Below, one piece after another: positions 12,101-25,434 of a DNA stretch of 64,000 bases. Position numbers and translations under genes: made by a program. How positions within the stretch are numbered: the first letter of the stretch is position 1; the number at the start of each line of letters is the position of its first letter. Location: contig NMRA01000309.1 in assembly GCA_002633005.1 (NCBI GenBank), positions 62,001 to 126,000 of the forward strand, in the 5' to 3' direction. The stretch comes from Phoronis australis (taxonomy: Eukaryota; Animalia; Phoronida). The notes beneath the pieces were generated by a model. The model did no database searches and was not told the origin of the DNA. It was given only the letters and a program-made list of their open reading frames with translations.

Positions 12101-15100
12101 GCCAGACACGGCATTGATAGGGTAGGTTTAATTGATTGTTGTGTGTGTGTAATACAGCTGTAGATGAGTTGACATCAGGTTCCTACCATGGTTATTGAAG
12201 CAAGGTTTCAGCAATAAGTATGCCAAGTTTTCAAATTCATTATCAACATTAGTCAGTTTTTTTGTTTGTCAATCATTAAAATTCCCTGCTTAAAGGTTTA
12301 AGGAGTTTGAATCCTTTTTATTGCATTAATTTTGATAAATGTTATCAGTAATGAGTTGAATGGTCAAGCATAAACGTCTTTAAAATGAATTTTTAGTTGA
12401 TCAAAAGCTCTTTACATTGATTTTTTTTTCAATTTTATTTTCAGGTTGAAACCTGCTTCCGACAAATGGATCAGATATTCATCAGAACCCTGCAAAGTGT
12501 CCAAAAAGTCATAATCAATGACAAACACTGTTTTGAGATGTATGGTTATGATGTGCTGTTGGATGCAGATCTTAAACCGTAAGCGACATCTGTCCTGTTT
12601 CAGGCATTTTGTTGTCCACATATTGTCTGTCTGCAGCAACCTTTTAGATAATTGATGTGATTTGTACAGATCATAAATTTATACTTATATTTTGTGGTCA
12701 ATAACTCTCCATATTGACCGTGAAATAAATGTAGATTTCATTGTGATTCGATCTTCTTGCTTGCAAGCGACTACTTTACCGCTGTGTCACTAGCAGGTAT
12801 CCAAACTCATGAGTCGGGCGTTTTGGTATCCAGATTTTGAGGTCACATTTCATTTAGACAGTAGTAGAATATAAACCACCAGTCGAATGTTAACCTACAT
12901 CAAATCATGGAACTTCCCACCGTCATACCATTGTATCAAAGGTGTGTTGCATGGAGATTCCTGCAATCGTCTCAGGTTTATGACACGGGCAAAACCTCTT
13001 GGAAATTTCTTCAAAATCCCCCGGCGAGCCTTGGGATTTTGACGAAATTTCCAAGAGGTTTTGCCATGTCATAAACCTGAAACGAGTGTAGCATTTGTTT
13101 TCTCAAATGAACCGTAAAAACGATCTTTTTGCCAAAAAAAACTCATCCTGAATCTTCTCTTTTATGAAGCCTGTATCCTAACGGTCATTGAGAGAATGTC
13201 TACTAATCATCAATCTGCTTCAATATTAACTTGATTTTGAAATGGCCTTATTTTCAGTTGGTTGATTGAAATCAATGCTTCTCCGTCGTTAACAGCTAGC
13301 AGTAAGGAGGATTATGACCTGAAGTGTGGCCTCCTCGAAGATGTCCTTAATATTGTTGACTTGGAAAGCAGGTTTGTTTTGATTGACACATTGATGGCAA
13401 CAGATTTTTATTTGGAGTTCTTAAAATTTATTCTATACTGTCTGTATGAAACTATTTTGTTGATATTTTAGTGTTTAGAGATTGTTAAACCTTTGAAAGG
13501 CCGCAAACTGTCACAACTGTACATGCTGTTACTATCCTCAAATTGCAACAGTTGGGCAGACCTTGGAAGTATGAACTCGATTTTTTGTTGTTACAATTTG
13601 TGACTTGTGGGGTTGCACCAACCCATTTCCCTCAAATTGCAACAGTTTGTGCAGACCTTCTAAACACAAACTGTCCTAATTTTTTGTTGCAACTTACAGT
13701 AGGTGGTTTTTGGGGCTGTGCAAACTTTCATAACCCTCAAAGTGGAACATTTTGTACACACCTTTCAGGTATGAACTGTCGCATTTTTGTGGGCTCAGTT
13801 CCTTTTACAATAATTTTACTGGAAAATAAACTGCATATGGTTTCAGAAATGAAGATTTGAAGCAGCATTGGGTGAGTTCAGTATCTTCCTTATGATACTG
13901 ACAGACAATTACTTGCATCTTATATGTCTTTCTTAAGATTCAATGTCCCCTTTTTGTATGTCTTATGTCACTTTCCCCGAGTCATTTCCACCAAAATTGC
14001 AATTTCCTTCATCCTAATCATTTTTTCAATCTAGACATTATTGTCTTATGTCAAAATTATCCTCTTCACCGTCGACACTGTTAAAAGAATACCCTCTTTT
14101 GATGATTTCAACCAATCCTCATTCTGTCACTTGCTAATTCATCATTGGCGTCAGTCTTCCCAGTTAAAGGCAGGAATGAACTAGAAACTCATACACCCTT
14201 TGTCACAGGTTGGACATTACGGTCCTGGATGGGTGTTCTTTTCCTGCAGTTGCCATGTAATTTGCTAAAAGCGCAGGTCACGCTTGCCTGTTAAGCAGAC
14301 TTTGAAAGTTTTCAGTTTTTCCTACAGACTTTTGAGGGTTGTAGAGGGCTACAGATCATTATTTTGTTTCACAGAATTGAATGCAAAAGCCGTTTTTAGT
14401 ATCTGTAGGACAAAACTGAGTTTAGTATCCTTTTAAATTGCCTACCATTTTTTATCACGTGACTCACGTGGGGGGAAACAGTCTTGTTCTACAAGTCACT
14501 TCGAGTTTTGCCATTTGAGTCCCATGTTGTACAGGTTGTCACTGCACCCAATTGCATTTTGATTATATTGCAACATTTTCTGTTTCGAAGTCCTTCACAA
14601 CAAACTGTCTATGTTTGAGGATTACCACAATTCATGCATTCAACCATGATACAAATTGTCAGAACTAAAAGTTACTGCAGTTTGTGCTTCAAATATCTGT
14701 ACAAGCTGTCACATTTTGAGGATTGCAACATGTTGTGCAGTTGTGACTGGTCTAGCAAACTTTGGACTTATAGTACTTAAATGGCCTGGGAATTCTTTGT
14801 AATAACGACTGATCGTAAGTGGAATTCAGGGGATTTCATCTACTGTTAGCATGCTTACAAGCCAGCAAGCACTCCACATTTCATTTGAAAAATGACTGCA
14901 CTGTTGATTATTAAAGGAAATTTGCAGTACATGAAGTCACCCAGGTTCTCTTTTATTTTGCACCCATATAATTATTTATAATTATGTGGGTGTATATTGT
15001 CATCATCTCTGTCTGTCAATTGTCTGAAGTCTGCAGCTTTATCTCCTAAAGCCCTCACAGGATCTTGTTGAGATTTGGCAGATGTGTTTCTATGAAACTG

Positions 15101-16076
15101 ACGATAGATGACCACGAATTTCAGACAGATCCAACTACTGGTGTGTCCCCTAATGGCAATTTTTGTACGTTTTCCTCTTTAGCTTCAAAGGTCCTCGACG
15201 GATTTTCATTAAATGTGGCACATTAGACATCTATTAATGAGATGATACTATCTTTTTTTGTTTTGAGATGGATTCGAGGTATTTTGTGCCACATGGTGGC
15301 CATTTTTACTGTTTTCGAGTTTTTTAGCTTCTGCCCCTCTATCAACCAAATCACTGTAAGGATGATTGCAAAAATTGTCTTAGTGTGAAAAGACGGTTGA
15401 CGAGGATTTGTAACAGTTTTGTTTTTTGTGCCCATAGCTGTATCTCCTAAACTCACTACAGGATCTTTATTAAATTTAGCAAGTTACATGAAGTTGACAA
15501 CAGACAACGACGACTTTCAGACAGATCGGACAAACGCTGTCGGCCCCCTAGTTGCAATTTCATTTTTCTGTTTTTCTCTGTTTTTCTGAACTTTCTTGAT
15601 GTTTTTCATGACGTTTGGTAAATAGCTTTCTAAGAAACAATGACATGTTCGCTTTTTCGAATGGATTCGAGATATTTTGTGCCATCTAGTGGCCATTTTA
15701 TGAATATAGATAAACACCTTTAGAAGCACACCGTTTGCAGTGCATTCGTGGGCACATTTCAATGCTCCGTGTTGCTCTTGTGACAGTTGAGAGCCTGCAG
15801 AATCCATGATCAGAATACATGACAGGAAAAAGGGATTGTTTCAGGGTTATTTAAAAGGATATTTTTACGCACTTCTTTTCAAGGCTTACTGGAAAAGAGA
15901 AGAGAGTTGGTGGTTTTGACCTCCTCTGGGATGATGGTCCAGTGTGTACCGATGATGGTTTGGACTGTGTGTCTGCAGGGACGTTTTCTACCAACTCCTT
16001 CTTGGGATGCATTAATGACCGTAAAAAACAGTTGAGGCAACTGTATAAAAACATTGCAGCATCCAAGAAGACATGA
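3115..16076 (+). CDS. TTLL9: Tubulin polyglutamylase TTLL9 (multi-exon)
   Basis: Exons read by hand with GT-AG ends: 3115-3144 (tentative first exon, [10 protein letters not shown]), 5320-5403 ([26 protein letters not shown]), 6610-6721 or 7648-7762 (alternatives), 8223-8342 ([13 protein letters not shown]), 8771-8905 ([17 protein letters not shown]), 10383-10514 ([28 protein letters not shown]), 10936-11023, 12000-12121 ([10 protein letters not shown]), 12445-12578 ([13 protein letters not shown]), 13258-13371 ([11 protein letters not shown]), 15884-16076 ([15 protein letters not shown]...[13 protein letters not shown]). Phases agree from exon 2 onward; motifs match TTLL9 as recalled. Confidence 0.93.
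3263..3346. repeat. 84-nt near-perfect hairpin in TTLL9 intron 1
   Basis: Arms 3263-3302 and 3307-3346 are reverse complements with 4 differences in 40 bp. Confidence 0.85.
6610..6721 (+). CDS. TTLL9: TTLL9 alternative exon 3A
   Basis: ctctag| ... |gtttat; 112 nt, phase 2 to 0; [37 protein letters not shown]. Confidence 0.85.
7648..7762 (+). CDS. TTLL9: TTLL9 alternative exon 3B (paralogous duplicate of 3A)
   Basis: gtgtag| ... |gtactc; 115 nt, phase 2 to 0; [38 protein letters not shown]. Confidence 0.85.
9967..10260 (-). mobile_element. Degenerate LINE (CR1/L2-group) ORF2 C-terminal fragment
   Basis: [26 protein letters not shown]...[10 protein letters not shown] resembles the post-RT motif ALIxxHFDYxxxxW...KLQxxQNxxIR. 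Confidence 0.65.
11024..11999 (+). other. U12-type (minor spliceosome) GT-AG intron in TTLL9
   Basis: 5' site GTATCCTTT at 11024; branch-like TTTTCTTGAC ending about 11 nt before the AG at 11998-11999; splicing restores DDT-F-VHLTN in frame. Confidence 0.85.
12967..13085. repeat. About 120-bp foldback palindrome, probably the end of a non-autonomous DNA element
   Basis: tcaggtttatgaca..ggcaaaacctcttggaaatttc pairs with gaaatttccaagaggttttgcc..tgtcataaacctga. Confidence 0.8.
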
Positions 16077-17309
16077 TCTCGTCAAAAGTCAGTATTAATT
16101 AGAGGCGTCTTCCCTGAGATATGGGATCCATGATTAAAAACTGAAATCCTTGGGTGAAGGTCAAACATTGTGGTAACTTAGTGCCTGATGCAGAATTGTG
16201 CTGGTGTGTAAAAGTGACAGGTCTGAAGTGATAATTCTTTATCACTGGTTTTAGGGGTTTGGGTTAAATGTACTGTTGGTTTGAGTTAGCAGTGATGTGC
16301 TTTTGCTGTCAAGGTGTCATCATAGGATTATCTATGCGGTGAAGTTAGACTTGTCTCACTAAAATAGCATCAGTCTAATCGTGCAAAAGTGGTCAAGAGA
16401 GTTTGGGGTGGTGTACACTAACAGCTATGGTGCCCATTTTAAAACAATGTTTTACAAATGTGGAATGATCCCAAGAGGGATGATATCTGATCATATGGAC
16501 CAAAAGAGCGCAATAATGGGTGAGACTGAAGGTGGACGACAATACTGCTCTCCCGAGGACTGTATTATCTGATACGTCTGAAGGATTGCTTTGTATTTGT
16601 TTTATTTCACAACCGTAATGCTTCTTTCCTCTGGTTGTTTCTTCTCTTATTAGATTAGCTCTTACCTGTTCTGATGCTCACTTTGTGCCCAGGGTTCATG
16701 GATTCTACAGTGTCTGATTGGTCAGAGTACCCTGGCAGCATGAATATTAAGTGATATATTCTTCTTGCCTATTGGTCAATGTTACGCTATGTCAAGTTGT
16801 CATGCCGCATTTCAGCCAATTAGGGACATAAGTATCAGTGGTGTTATAGTAATATACAATTGATGCTTAAATGATTGGCATTCAATCAATACTAAATCAC
16901 ATACTGGGAAGACAAAACCGTTGAGACCTGGCTTTCCATTAGTTCAAGTCCCTGTGTCCTTGGTGATCAAACCATGACTTTTGACAACTTTTTATTTTAA
17001 CAGTAATTATTGCTGAAAGGTTTGATTTGTGTTTTAGGTAATTAAGAAATTTGTCAGAATGTTACTGAAGTTCTTTAATGTGCAGTGTAGAACTTGTAAT
17101 TGAAGGGCACTGGAAATAGACAATTGATTTATGGGCATAAGCATCTTTCTCTAATTCTGCTGTGATTCAACTTTCAAATTCGGTCAGTTTGAGTGGAGTG
17201 TTCTGTCAGTCAGTTGAAACTGGCCATTTGTTCCTAGTGCTTGTTTGTTCAACCAAGGAAAGAATCTGAATAGACTGTACTTTATTGTTATATTTTTCCT
17301 TCACTCTGA

Positions 17310-17386
17310 AATAAAATACTCGAGTAGTGAATGTACGTGTATGGAGGATATTTTTGTATCTCAGTAATTTAAATTATGTCAATAAA
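17310..17386 (+). terminator. Candidate polyadenylation signals for TTLL9
   Basis: AATAAA at about 17310 and at 17381, about 1.3 kb after the stop codon, in T-rich sequence. Confidence 0.45.
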
Positions 17387-19260
17387 TGCTTCATAGGCAA
17401 CTGCAATGAACTTTGATTTTAATTTAAAGGCATTATGGAATGATTGAAATTCTGTGTGTTGGGCTTCGGACGTACACATGCCTCTAAATTTACTACAGCA
17501 CTGGACTCAAATGAGGCAGGCCTACGGTCAAGATTCACTTTTTCTATACTCCAGTTTGGACAAAGTTCACTTTATTATCTAGGGTGGTGCTTGGCAGTTA
17601 CACATCAACAGGGTGCGGTTCGGGTACCCTGGTACACTGAATTGTGGTGACTTTTTCAAAATCCCTTGTTTAGACTCGGATACCCGAGTTTCTATCAATC
17701 TAAGTCAAGCCACGGAAGGACCGATTTGTTATTGGTCAATTCTGACTTGCCAAAAATTATGTTGTGCAATTTTTGTTTGGGGGCCCGCATTTAAGTTAAC
17801 TGAGTCAACGTCCAGAATAGCCAGTAATTGTCCAAAATCGCCCATGAATTAGTCGACATTCGCGATACATAAACATGTAAATCAGAAATCAATCGAGTTG
17901 CAGACTACCTGAGACAAAAGCAAATAACTTTGACACATTGGGCCGTCACATGGCAAGACAATTTAAACATTAAAGGCACAGAAAGAGAGCCTTCTGAGTT
18001 AACTGTACTGAGTTTGAGAACATGGAAGTAGGGGTAGCAGGTGGATTTTGAGGGCGCTTCATCAAGAAAATTTCAGACTTAATTCGCTTTATTGTTAATT
18101 TTGATCCATTCAAATGGTGCCTGTTCCAGTTTACACTCCAAAAAATGAAGAAACCTTTGTTTGCACGTCAATCAGTTGGACATTTGCACAGTATGCTGTC
18201 ATCGTCAAAATCACCGACAGTCTGATTGATAGCTGCAAGTTTTCTATGAACAATTCCATCTTCTTCAAGAAACATTAATGATGCTATAAAATACTGTTTT
18301 TGTTTTTTTCTTTGAGAAAAATATCGTTATAGAAACCATCTTTGAATCATGTGTGGCGCACCATAGGGGGCTGGGGGCTTTAGCACCCACTTTTTTCAGT
18401 GCTGCACAGCCCATTTTTGTATAATTCACCAACAGTGATCTTCCATTAGTTCTTCAAACCTCAGTTGGCAACCAATGCCACTTGTTTTTTTTTTCTTGAT
18501 ACAATCTTACAGCGCGTCGTGATATTTCCTGCTCTTCACATGAACGTGTTCTCTGTTATTCTCGATCATTTTGAAATTTTATCCACGTGCACCTCACTTT
18601 GTGAATAGCTGACAGTCCAAATGCAGGTAAAGCAACATCAGCCCCGAGCCGCCCCTCCAAGAGAAGACTACGTCTGAAAGGGGACTCTTGGATATGAAAA
18701 GCTGTAGCATTAGAAAACTGGAACAACGTGACAGTTCAATCCATCATCGTGTCATTGACCTCCAAACTGAGGCGCCCTTCCTTAACATAAAAGGTTGTAC
18801 GATGTCACAAAAACGGGAAGAAGAGAGTCATCCGACTCCATGAGTGAGGCCTCTTCCGAGAGCGGGACATGATATAAAAGAGGAAATGGTGGCTATGGAT
18901 GTGCGGTTTCTTTCCTAGGCCTGGAACCAGGGAATATCACAAGATACTACTCACAAACGTATTGATTGCATACTTTGTTACACAACTCAAGATTTTAGTG
19001 TTTAAAGAATAAATCTAAATTTCATTCCGATTTTATGAAGAACAATAATTATCTGATAGCATGAGGGTAATGATGCACTTCGTGTGGAAAGAGATGAATG
19101 GACTGTGAGATTTTGAATTAGGTAAGGTCAAGTACTACAAATTGCAATTTTGCTTGTGTAGATTGTGTCATTGCAAGATGGCGGCGTAACGGGAAGTGAA
19201 CAAAAATGGTCAGCATTTCGAACTTGAGACTTTTTTATTTTGATAATATCGGTACTTAAT

Positions 19261-20254
19261 AGCGGATTTGCAGCGACGCCATATTGAAATTAGGTTAAAA
19301 TGGTGCATTGTGGGTGCTGTGGTCAGGATTCAGAAAGCGGCCATAGTAACAAGCATAATACGCGGTATGAGCGCGAAGAAAACTTACGGCGGATACATTT
19401 GTTGTAATCCTGGCTGCTTCAAAAACAACAAGAGAGATAAAAATCTGAATTTTTATGTGTTTCCTGCAAACCAAGAACTTCGTGAAAAATGGATAAACAA
19501 CATTAGGAGAGCTGGGAGTAAGGGGAGATTTAGCGCATTCAAACCAACGCGGGGCCATCTAGTAGGCAACACGTAGCCCCTCGGTTGGCCATATAGGGGC
19601 TACAATATTTCCATTCGCTTTCTGTACTCATTTCGTTACTTCAGTGTATTTTAAACGGGCCGTGACCGGATTTGGGTTACCGATTTCGAGTTTTCACCTC
19701 GTCAAAAATACATTCTACACTTAAAACTATCATTTAAAAAAACGCTTACTTTCATCATTGGTTCTTTCTACTTCTATACATATCTTTGATGAAGCTTAGT
19801 TGTGAGAATTAAGTTGACTTTGGCGAAGAATTACAACTCAACTTTTTGGTTGCCGTTAATTTTATCACCGCGTGCGCGATAACCACAAAGCATGTCAACT
19901 GAATCACGCGAGTTAGGCATAGGTTAGCGCGAGACTGAGCGAAGCGCGTGACGCTAGCGTGCGACACTTGTAAAATAGCATGAGAAGGTATCGGGTGAAA
20001 CTTGTAAGATGCGTGTCCCTTGGATTTCGTCAACATGCGTAATTTCACGTAACTTCCTCAAAATGGCACCCGGTAACTGAGAGAAACTCGAGCAAACCGC
20101 GACAGATTTTCATCGATTTGTTGAAGTTTTGCTGACTAAATTGTATCCAGAGTCGTGGTATGTGTTAATTATAACTCCGTGTTCCTATGAGCCTTCGCGC
20201 AGGAAGTAACTCGCACATGCGCAATGCGTAGTTCGTTTGCGCTGCAAATCCGCT
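19261..20254 (+). mobile_element. Non-autonomous ISL2EU/PIF-Harbinger-like DNA transposon with a truncated THAP ORF
   Basis: Perfect 15-bp TIRs AGCGGATTTGCAGCG / CGCTGCAAATCCGCT, each flanked by AT. Internal ORF 19367-19576 (CCNPGC..FYVFP..LREKWINNIRR..FKPT) is a THAP zinc finger that lacks the final CxxHF. Confidence 0.75.
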
Positions 20255-20640
20255 ATTGGCTGACCTCTATCGACGTGGAGTTGTGACTGAATCTCTTTAG
20301 TACTAACAAATCATCTTCTGGTTCTAATCATACAAATTCGTCGTTGCCGTTGCCGTTGCCGTGACTTGATCTGTAATTTTTTTGGTCTACCTGTACTCAC
20401 ACGGTCCTTTACATCACCCGTGTCTTGCTGTACTTTCACAATTCTGCTGATGGTAGGCCTACTCACTCCTAAAGTCTGTACAACCTCATACTACGTTTTT
20501 CTAGCTTCTGACAAGCCAAGAGCTGCACGATTAATAAAAGCCAATGACCGAACTGTGTTGTTGGTCGATACGAATTTCATTAATTAACTGTTTTCAAAAC
20601 CGCTAACATTGACACCTAGCTCCCCTTGATGATATCTTAA

Positions 20641-20708
20641 TCTAGTCACCATTCACAGCATGTATCCGCAGTGATGGTGGTGGATACATGCTGTGAATGA
20701 TGAATAGA
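20641..20708. repeat. 68-nt hairpin
   Basis: tctagtcaccattcacagcatgtatcc, a 14-nt loop, then ggatacatgctgtgaatgatgaataga. Confidence 0.8.
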
Positions 20709-22849
20709 CAACTTTTCATATTAATGTGCTAACAATGCAGCTGAATATGCCTTAGTTTTACTTAGGAGCTTTACAGAGGTTCCGAATCTCATTTGAGTAA
20801 ACTCGATTGCCAAAATTGCACGTTCTGGTGTTTGACCCTACCATTTTGGTCACTACATTTACATAATTTTCAACGTAAGCGGTTCGAATTTCCATCATTC
20901 TATCAGTAAAAAATTGTTCTTCATAATAATATCCAAATTACCAAAATTAATTTTAGATTATGGAAGATGTGTGGATAATTACGTGAATATCCAATTCTTC
21001 TGAGTAGCAATTGACGCTACCATTAGGGCCCCTCTCCGTCAAGTTCCCAATTGATATCAAATGGAATACAAATTCAACAAAAACAGAAAAGAGGGATCCA
21101 CATAAAAGCTGTGGCGTTCCTGGGGTAATACAGTTTTCTATTCTCTAAAACTGTTCACCTTGAAAGCCGAATCAATTTGCTTTGGATAATTTGTGCATAA
21201 CAAGTTTTCTTGGACTTTTTTGAAATGTTTAACCGAGTTTAAGAGTTGGGTTTCAATTGTTTTTAGACGATCTTTACTGCATTAAAGGGGTCCGGATGAC
21301 AAAAATGATTTGGCCAGGGCTCAACTGTCGTGGTTGACCAGTATTCTGTACAAATTCTCTCTGTTACACATGTTTTGTTACATTTTTCCATTGCCCCTGA
21401 CCCTAGTACTTATGCCGGTCGTCGCGCTTTTATTCTGACTCACGTGAGCCCATCTCCATTTCCTACCGCATTGATTCACTTACCGGAACAATTATATTAT
21501 TTGCGATCACTTAACTTTCGTTACTCTAACCGAAACAAGTATTGATCCTTAATGCTTCATTTCGTAGGCGTGTGAACATTGTAAATACGAATAGTATACT
21601 TCATTTTGTTGTTAAGGCATGGAATCGAAACTTTCATTAGATGATGTTTGATCAAAACAAACCTTTAAGTATAATAGAAAGACACTCAAAACTTTGATTT
21701 ACGCAAATAAGTACACCAGGAGAGCATTGCAAACTCAAAACTGTCCAAAGCAACCGTCTGTCATTACTAGATGAACATATTCCAGTTGCACATACATGTA
21801 CAACATGAAGCCAAATGACTACCCTGCAAACCAACGCGATTCAAGCCGCGACTATACGTAAACAATGTTTGAATTAAATGAAGATTCTGGTTTCAAGTCA
21901 AGTTGTGTGCAAAGCCGAGTATACAATTGGATACAAAAATTGAAACTGGTCCACGCTGTTGGCTATTCAATATTCATTTGCATAATACCTGGTTCTATAG
22001 AACTCAGAACAGTTGAAGACCGAGTTAAGAATTTAAAGTTATTGAGCAAGTGTGTTCGTCAAGCCATTTATGAGATATTAAATTTGGAAGTTAGTTAAAT
22101 TTTAAATTCTTCGATGGTTAGTCATAACTTCTTCTCAGTCAACCTTGGGCGCGAAACGTTAACTCCAAATACATTCACTCGCAGAGTCGGAGAAAACTTG
22201 ATTATTTTTCTTAGAAAGTAAGCGCATGCATTAAATATAGAGGCTTTCATAATGTACAAAATCCAGTTGATCATGCAGGGGTTTCCGAGAAACAACTGTG
22301 GAAGTGGAAAAGCAGAACTGCAATTAGGGAGCGTCATAGTAGTCAAAAGTCATGCTCTTTCCAATAAGAACACATAACGATTCTTAGAATGGTTGAGATG
22401 TACACCATTTAAAAAATCATAAAGTAATAGAAATGGCCACTAGGAGGTGTACACTACGTCAAATCCATATGAAAACGAGAAGGTGTCGTTCTTTGGTTTT
22501 TAATAGAAAATATTTGCCAAATTTCATGAAAAAAAACATGCCAAGGATCTCCAAAAATACAGAGGCAAATGGGAGCTAAAATTTCCAATAAGGATCACAG
22601 CAGCAGTCGGATCCGTCCAAAAGTCATCATCATCCCTTGTCACAATCCTGCAAATACACTTGCCAAATTAACTAAAGCCATTGACGAAAAAGGCCACGAG
22701 GCCGCTGGCTCCGTCCTAAAACCATTATCACTTTCATTATAGCATTTTCATAATTCGCATTATCCATATTGTCGCCCATGGTCAACCGACGGCGGGAGGC
22801 CGACAGTGACACTGAACACACAATAAGCAGAATGTTGTCAATAGTTTCC

Positions 22850-23290
22850 AAAGGGGTACATCTTTAACAACCCAGCATACACTTATCAAGTGGCTTTATC
22901 AAATCATCATCATTGTCAGCAACAAAAATTTGTGACACACTGTGTTACTTAGAAACCTGTGGTCATAAACTTCATCTTTACGTTTCACATTTATTCTAAA
23001 GGACTCATCGGACAATACAAGTAACAGAAACAGTTATTTTATTTTTAAAAGTCTGTTTCCAAACTGTCTTCTATGTTGTGCAAAGTGAAATCGCCTGTTC
23101 AGACAATGAAACGAAGTAATGTCGTTTATAAGATCTCTTGCAATGACTGTCCTGCTTTTTGTATTGGTCTTACTCAGAGAAGACTGGTTGAACGTTTTGT
23201 AGAACACCCTACATCGGACAAAAGCAGTGTCATATCGTCACTGTACTGAACATGGAAACTGTGCCGACAATATGAGGATCATCACCAGTA
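22850..23290 (+). mobile_element. Penelope-like retroelement relic (GIY-YIG endonuclease)
   Basis: About 23075-23260 translates to KVKSPVQTMKRSNVVYKISCNDCPAFCIGLTQRRLVERFVEH, then ..YRHCTEHG after a frameshift; this is the Penelope VVYxIxCxxC..YIGxT.R.L..R..EH signature. The left boundary is approximate. Confidence 0.8.
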
Positions 23291-23479
23291 AGCCAAATAA
23301 GGACATACTTTGGAATCCTTGTACGTATAGGATCATCATGTTACTCACTCTCGACAGCCACGCAGGTTGGAGCATAACATGCCCGACTTCAAACGAGAGC
23401 ACATTTTTGCACTAGCCACTTTTTACATTTATTGTTGCAGTAAACATTTTTTCTGTGGCTATATGGAAGAATCATTCAG

Positions 23480-23800
23480 AGAAATTTCAGATTACCGTGT
23501 TCAAACAGCCACCCCGTTACTATTGCGAAGCTTGTATGAATCAAACATGGACAGTTCGCTCTTTTGGCTTGTAACAGCAAACAGAGGTAAAAATGATTCC
23601 ATCACTGATTTCCGAACATTAATGTGTGGTAGCACGCTTCTTAACTGTCGGTGATGGACTACCGTAGAGCTTGCATACAAAGGGTTCACTGTCCTCCACG
23701 AGTTGATCAGAAAACTCAAATGTTGGACCCAACTTGGTAGGATTGTCCAACAGAAGCTGCACAGTACTGACCTCGCCATTACCTGAACCTCAATCAACTA
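23480..23800 (-). mobile_element. Degenerate DNA-transposon ORF fragment (Academ-like XPG/PIN-type C-terminus)
   Basis: Frameshifted minus-strand translation LGPTFEFSDQLVEDSEPFVCKLYGS ... ESFLP ... LLLQAKRANCPCLIH resembles the FVCxLYG / LPP / HxKRANYQ pattern as recalled. Confidence 0.5.
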
Positions 23801-24057
23801 CTCAAGAGTTCTGAGCTAGTGTTCCTGTTAACATCTTGAGTCTAGCATAAATGCTTGCTGCATGGGCCAAACCCAAAACACCTGTGTCCGACTTTTCATG
23901 ATAACTAAAGAGTGACTACCTGCAGCATGATGAGCGTGCAATAATAAATGCGTGTCCTACTCTTCATGATCAAACGTGAGTTTCGGGACACTCTGAACAT
24001 CGACCTCTCCACTATCGCTGACAGGCCGGGATGACATAATACAGACTTCTGTGGGCG

Positions 24058-24165
24058 ATATATATATGTATGTATGTATGTATGTATATGTATGCATGCA
24101 TGCATGCATGTATGTATACATGTATGTGTGCGTGTGTGTCTGTGTGCGTGTGTGTCTGTGTGTAT
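24058..24165. repeat. Compound microsatellite (TATG/CATG/TG)
   Basis: tatgtatgtatg...catgcatg...tgtgtg tracts. Confidence 0.9.
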
Positions 24166-24615
24166 TTATAGGTTTACCCACATTCACAGGAATACTACTG
24201 CGATATCCTATCTCGAATTGATGCATTTCATCTGATAATGTCACAACAAGACCGAATATGTATATGGACTGATTTGCATCATCGTGGCAATATGATCCGG
24301 GTTGTTGTTAGATGACGTCACATGCATGCCAAGTACGGTACCCAAGCCGGTTAAGGGACAAGACAATCTGAAAGTGTTGAATAAGCAGTAAAATTTTATT
24401 TCATAATAAATTGATCGGAATTTTTAGTTTGTGAAATATACAAGATAAAGCACTGAACCATTCAATAATACCAAAAGTTTGTTGGAAGCAATCCATCCGG
24501 GAATATAAAAATTGAAACATTCCCTAAACCGAGTTGTCTGCAGCAGTGTGTCGTTTTAGCTTCGATGAATTTCTTAGTTTTCTTGGTGTATTTTCGTGTC
24601 TTAGCTTCTGGACTG

Positions 24616-25324
24616 CAGTGGCGGATTTAGGGGGACCAAGGGGGCCATGCCCTCCCCCTAAAATTCTCCCAGATACCATTTAGCAGTTCGGGGTGCGAAC
24701 TGCTGACTAGCATATGAGCGCACCCAGGGAGGCTCCGGGGGCCAATGCACAACGCTTAGGCCTTGAACAAACCCCGTTTGTCTTTTTTAGTAATAAGGTC
24801 CATAAACCCAAGAATTCGAAACCCCTGCATCCCTACATTTCAGGCTAGGCGCGCGCATGTGGCGAAATTCTGGTTATTCCTGTTCCCTGNNNNNNNNNNN
24901 NNNNNNNNNNNNNNNNNNNNNNNNNNNNNNNNNNNNNNNNNNNNNNNNNNNNNNNNNNNNNNNNNNNNNNNNNNNNNNNNNNNNNNNNNNNNNNNNNNNN
25001 NNNNNNNNNNNNNNNNNNNNNNNNNNNNNNNNNNNNNNNNNNNNNNNNNNNNNNNNNNNNNNNNNNNNNNNNNNNNNNNNNNNNNNNNNNNNNNNNNNNN
25101 NNNNNNNNNNNNNNNNNNNNNNNNNNNNNNNNNNNNNNNNNNNNNNNNNNNNNNNNNNNNNNNNNNNNNNNNNNNNNNNNNNNNNNNNNNNNNNNNNNNN
25201 NNNNNNNNNNNNNNNNNNNNNNNNNNNNNNNNNNNNNNNNNNNNNNNNNNNNNNNNNNNNNNNNNNNNNNNNNNNNNNNNCCCTGCCCCCCCCCCCCCAA
25301 CTCAAAATCCTGGATCCGCCCCTG
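24616..25324. mobile_element. hAT-like MITE with 5-bp TSD (spans an assembly gap)
   Basis: GACTG|CAGTGGCGGATTTAG ... CTGGATCCGCCCCTG|GACTG. Confidence 0.7.
24890..25280. other. Assembly gap (N run)
   Basis: Run of N characters. Confidence 0.99.
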
Positions 25325-25434
25325 GACTGTAAATAGTAATAGAAACACTTCCCCGTGTTGATCGCAGCATTAGAAAGTAACGAAGTAACGTTGGAAACCG
25401 TGCTGACTGGCAGAACTTGAACTATTAGATTTGT

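Noticed and set aside
15000-15790. Internally repetitive segment resembling non-autonomous Helentron-type repeats (similar at about 22400-22800, 39890-40070 and 60370-60910)
   Set aside because: Probably TE-derived, but I could not define the termini or family.
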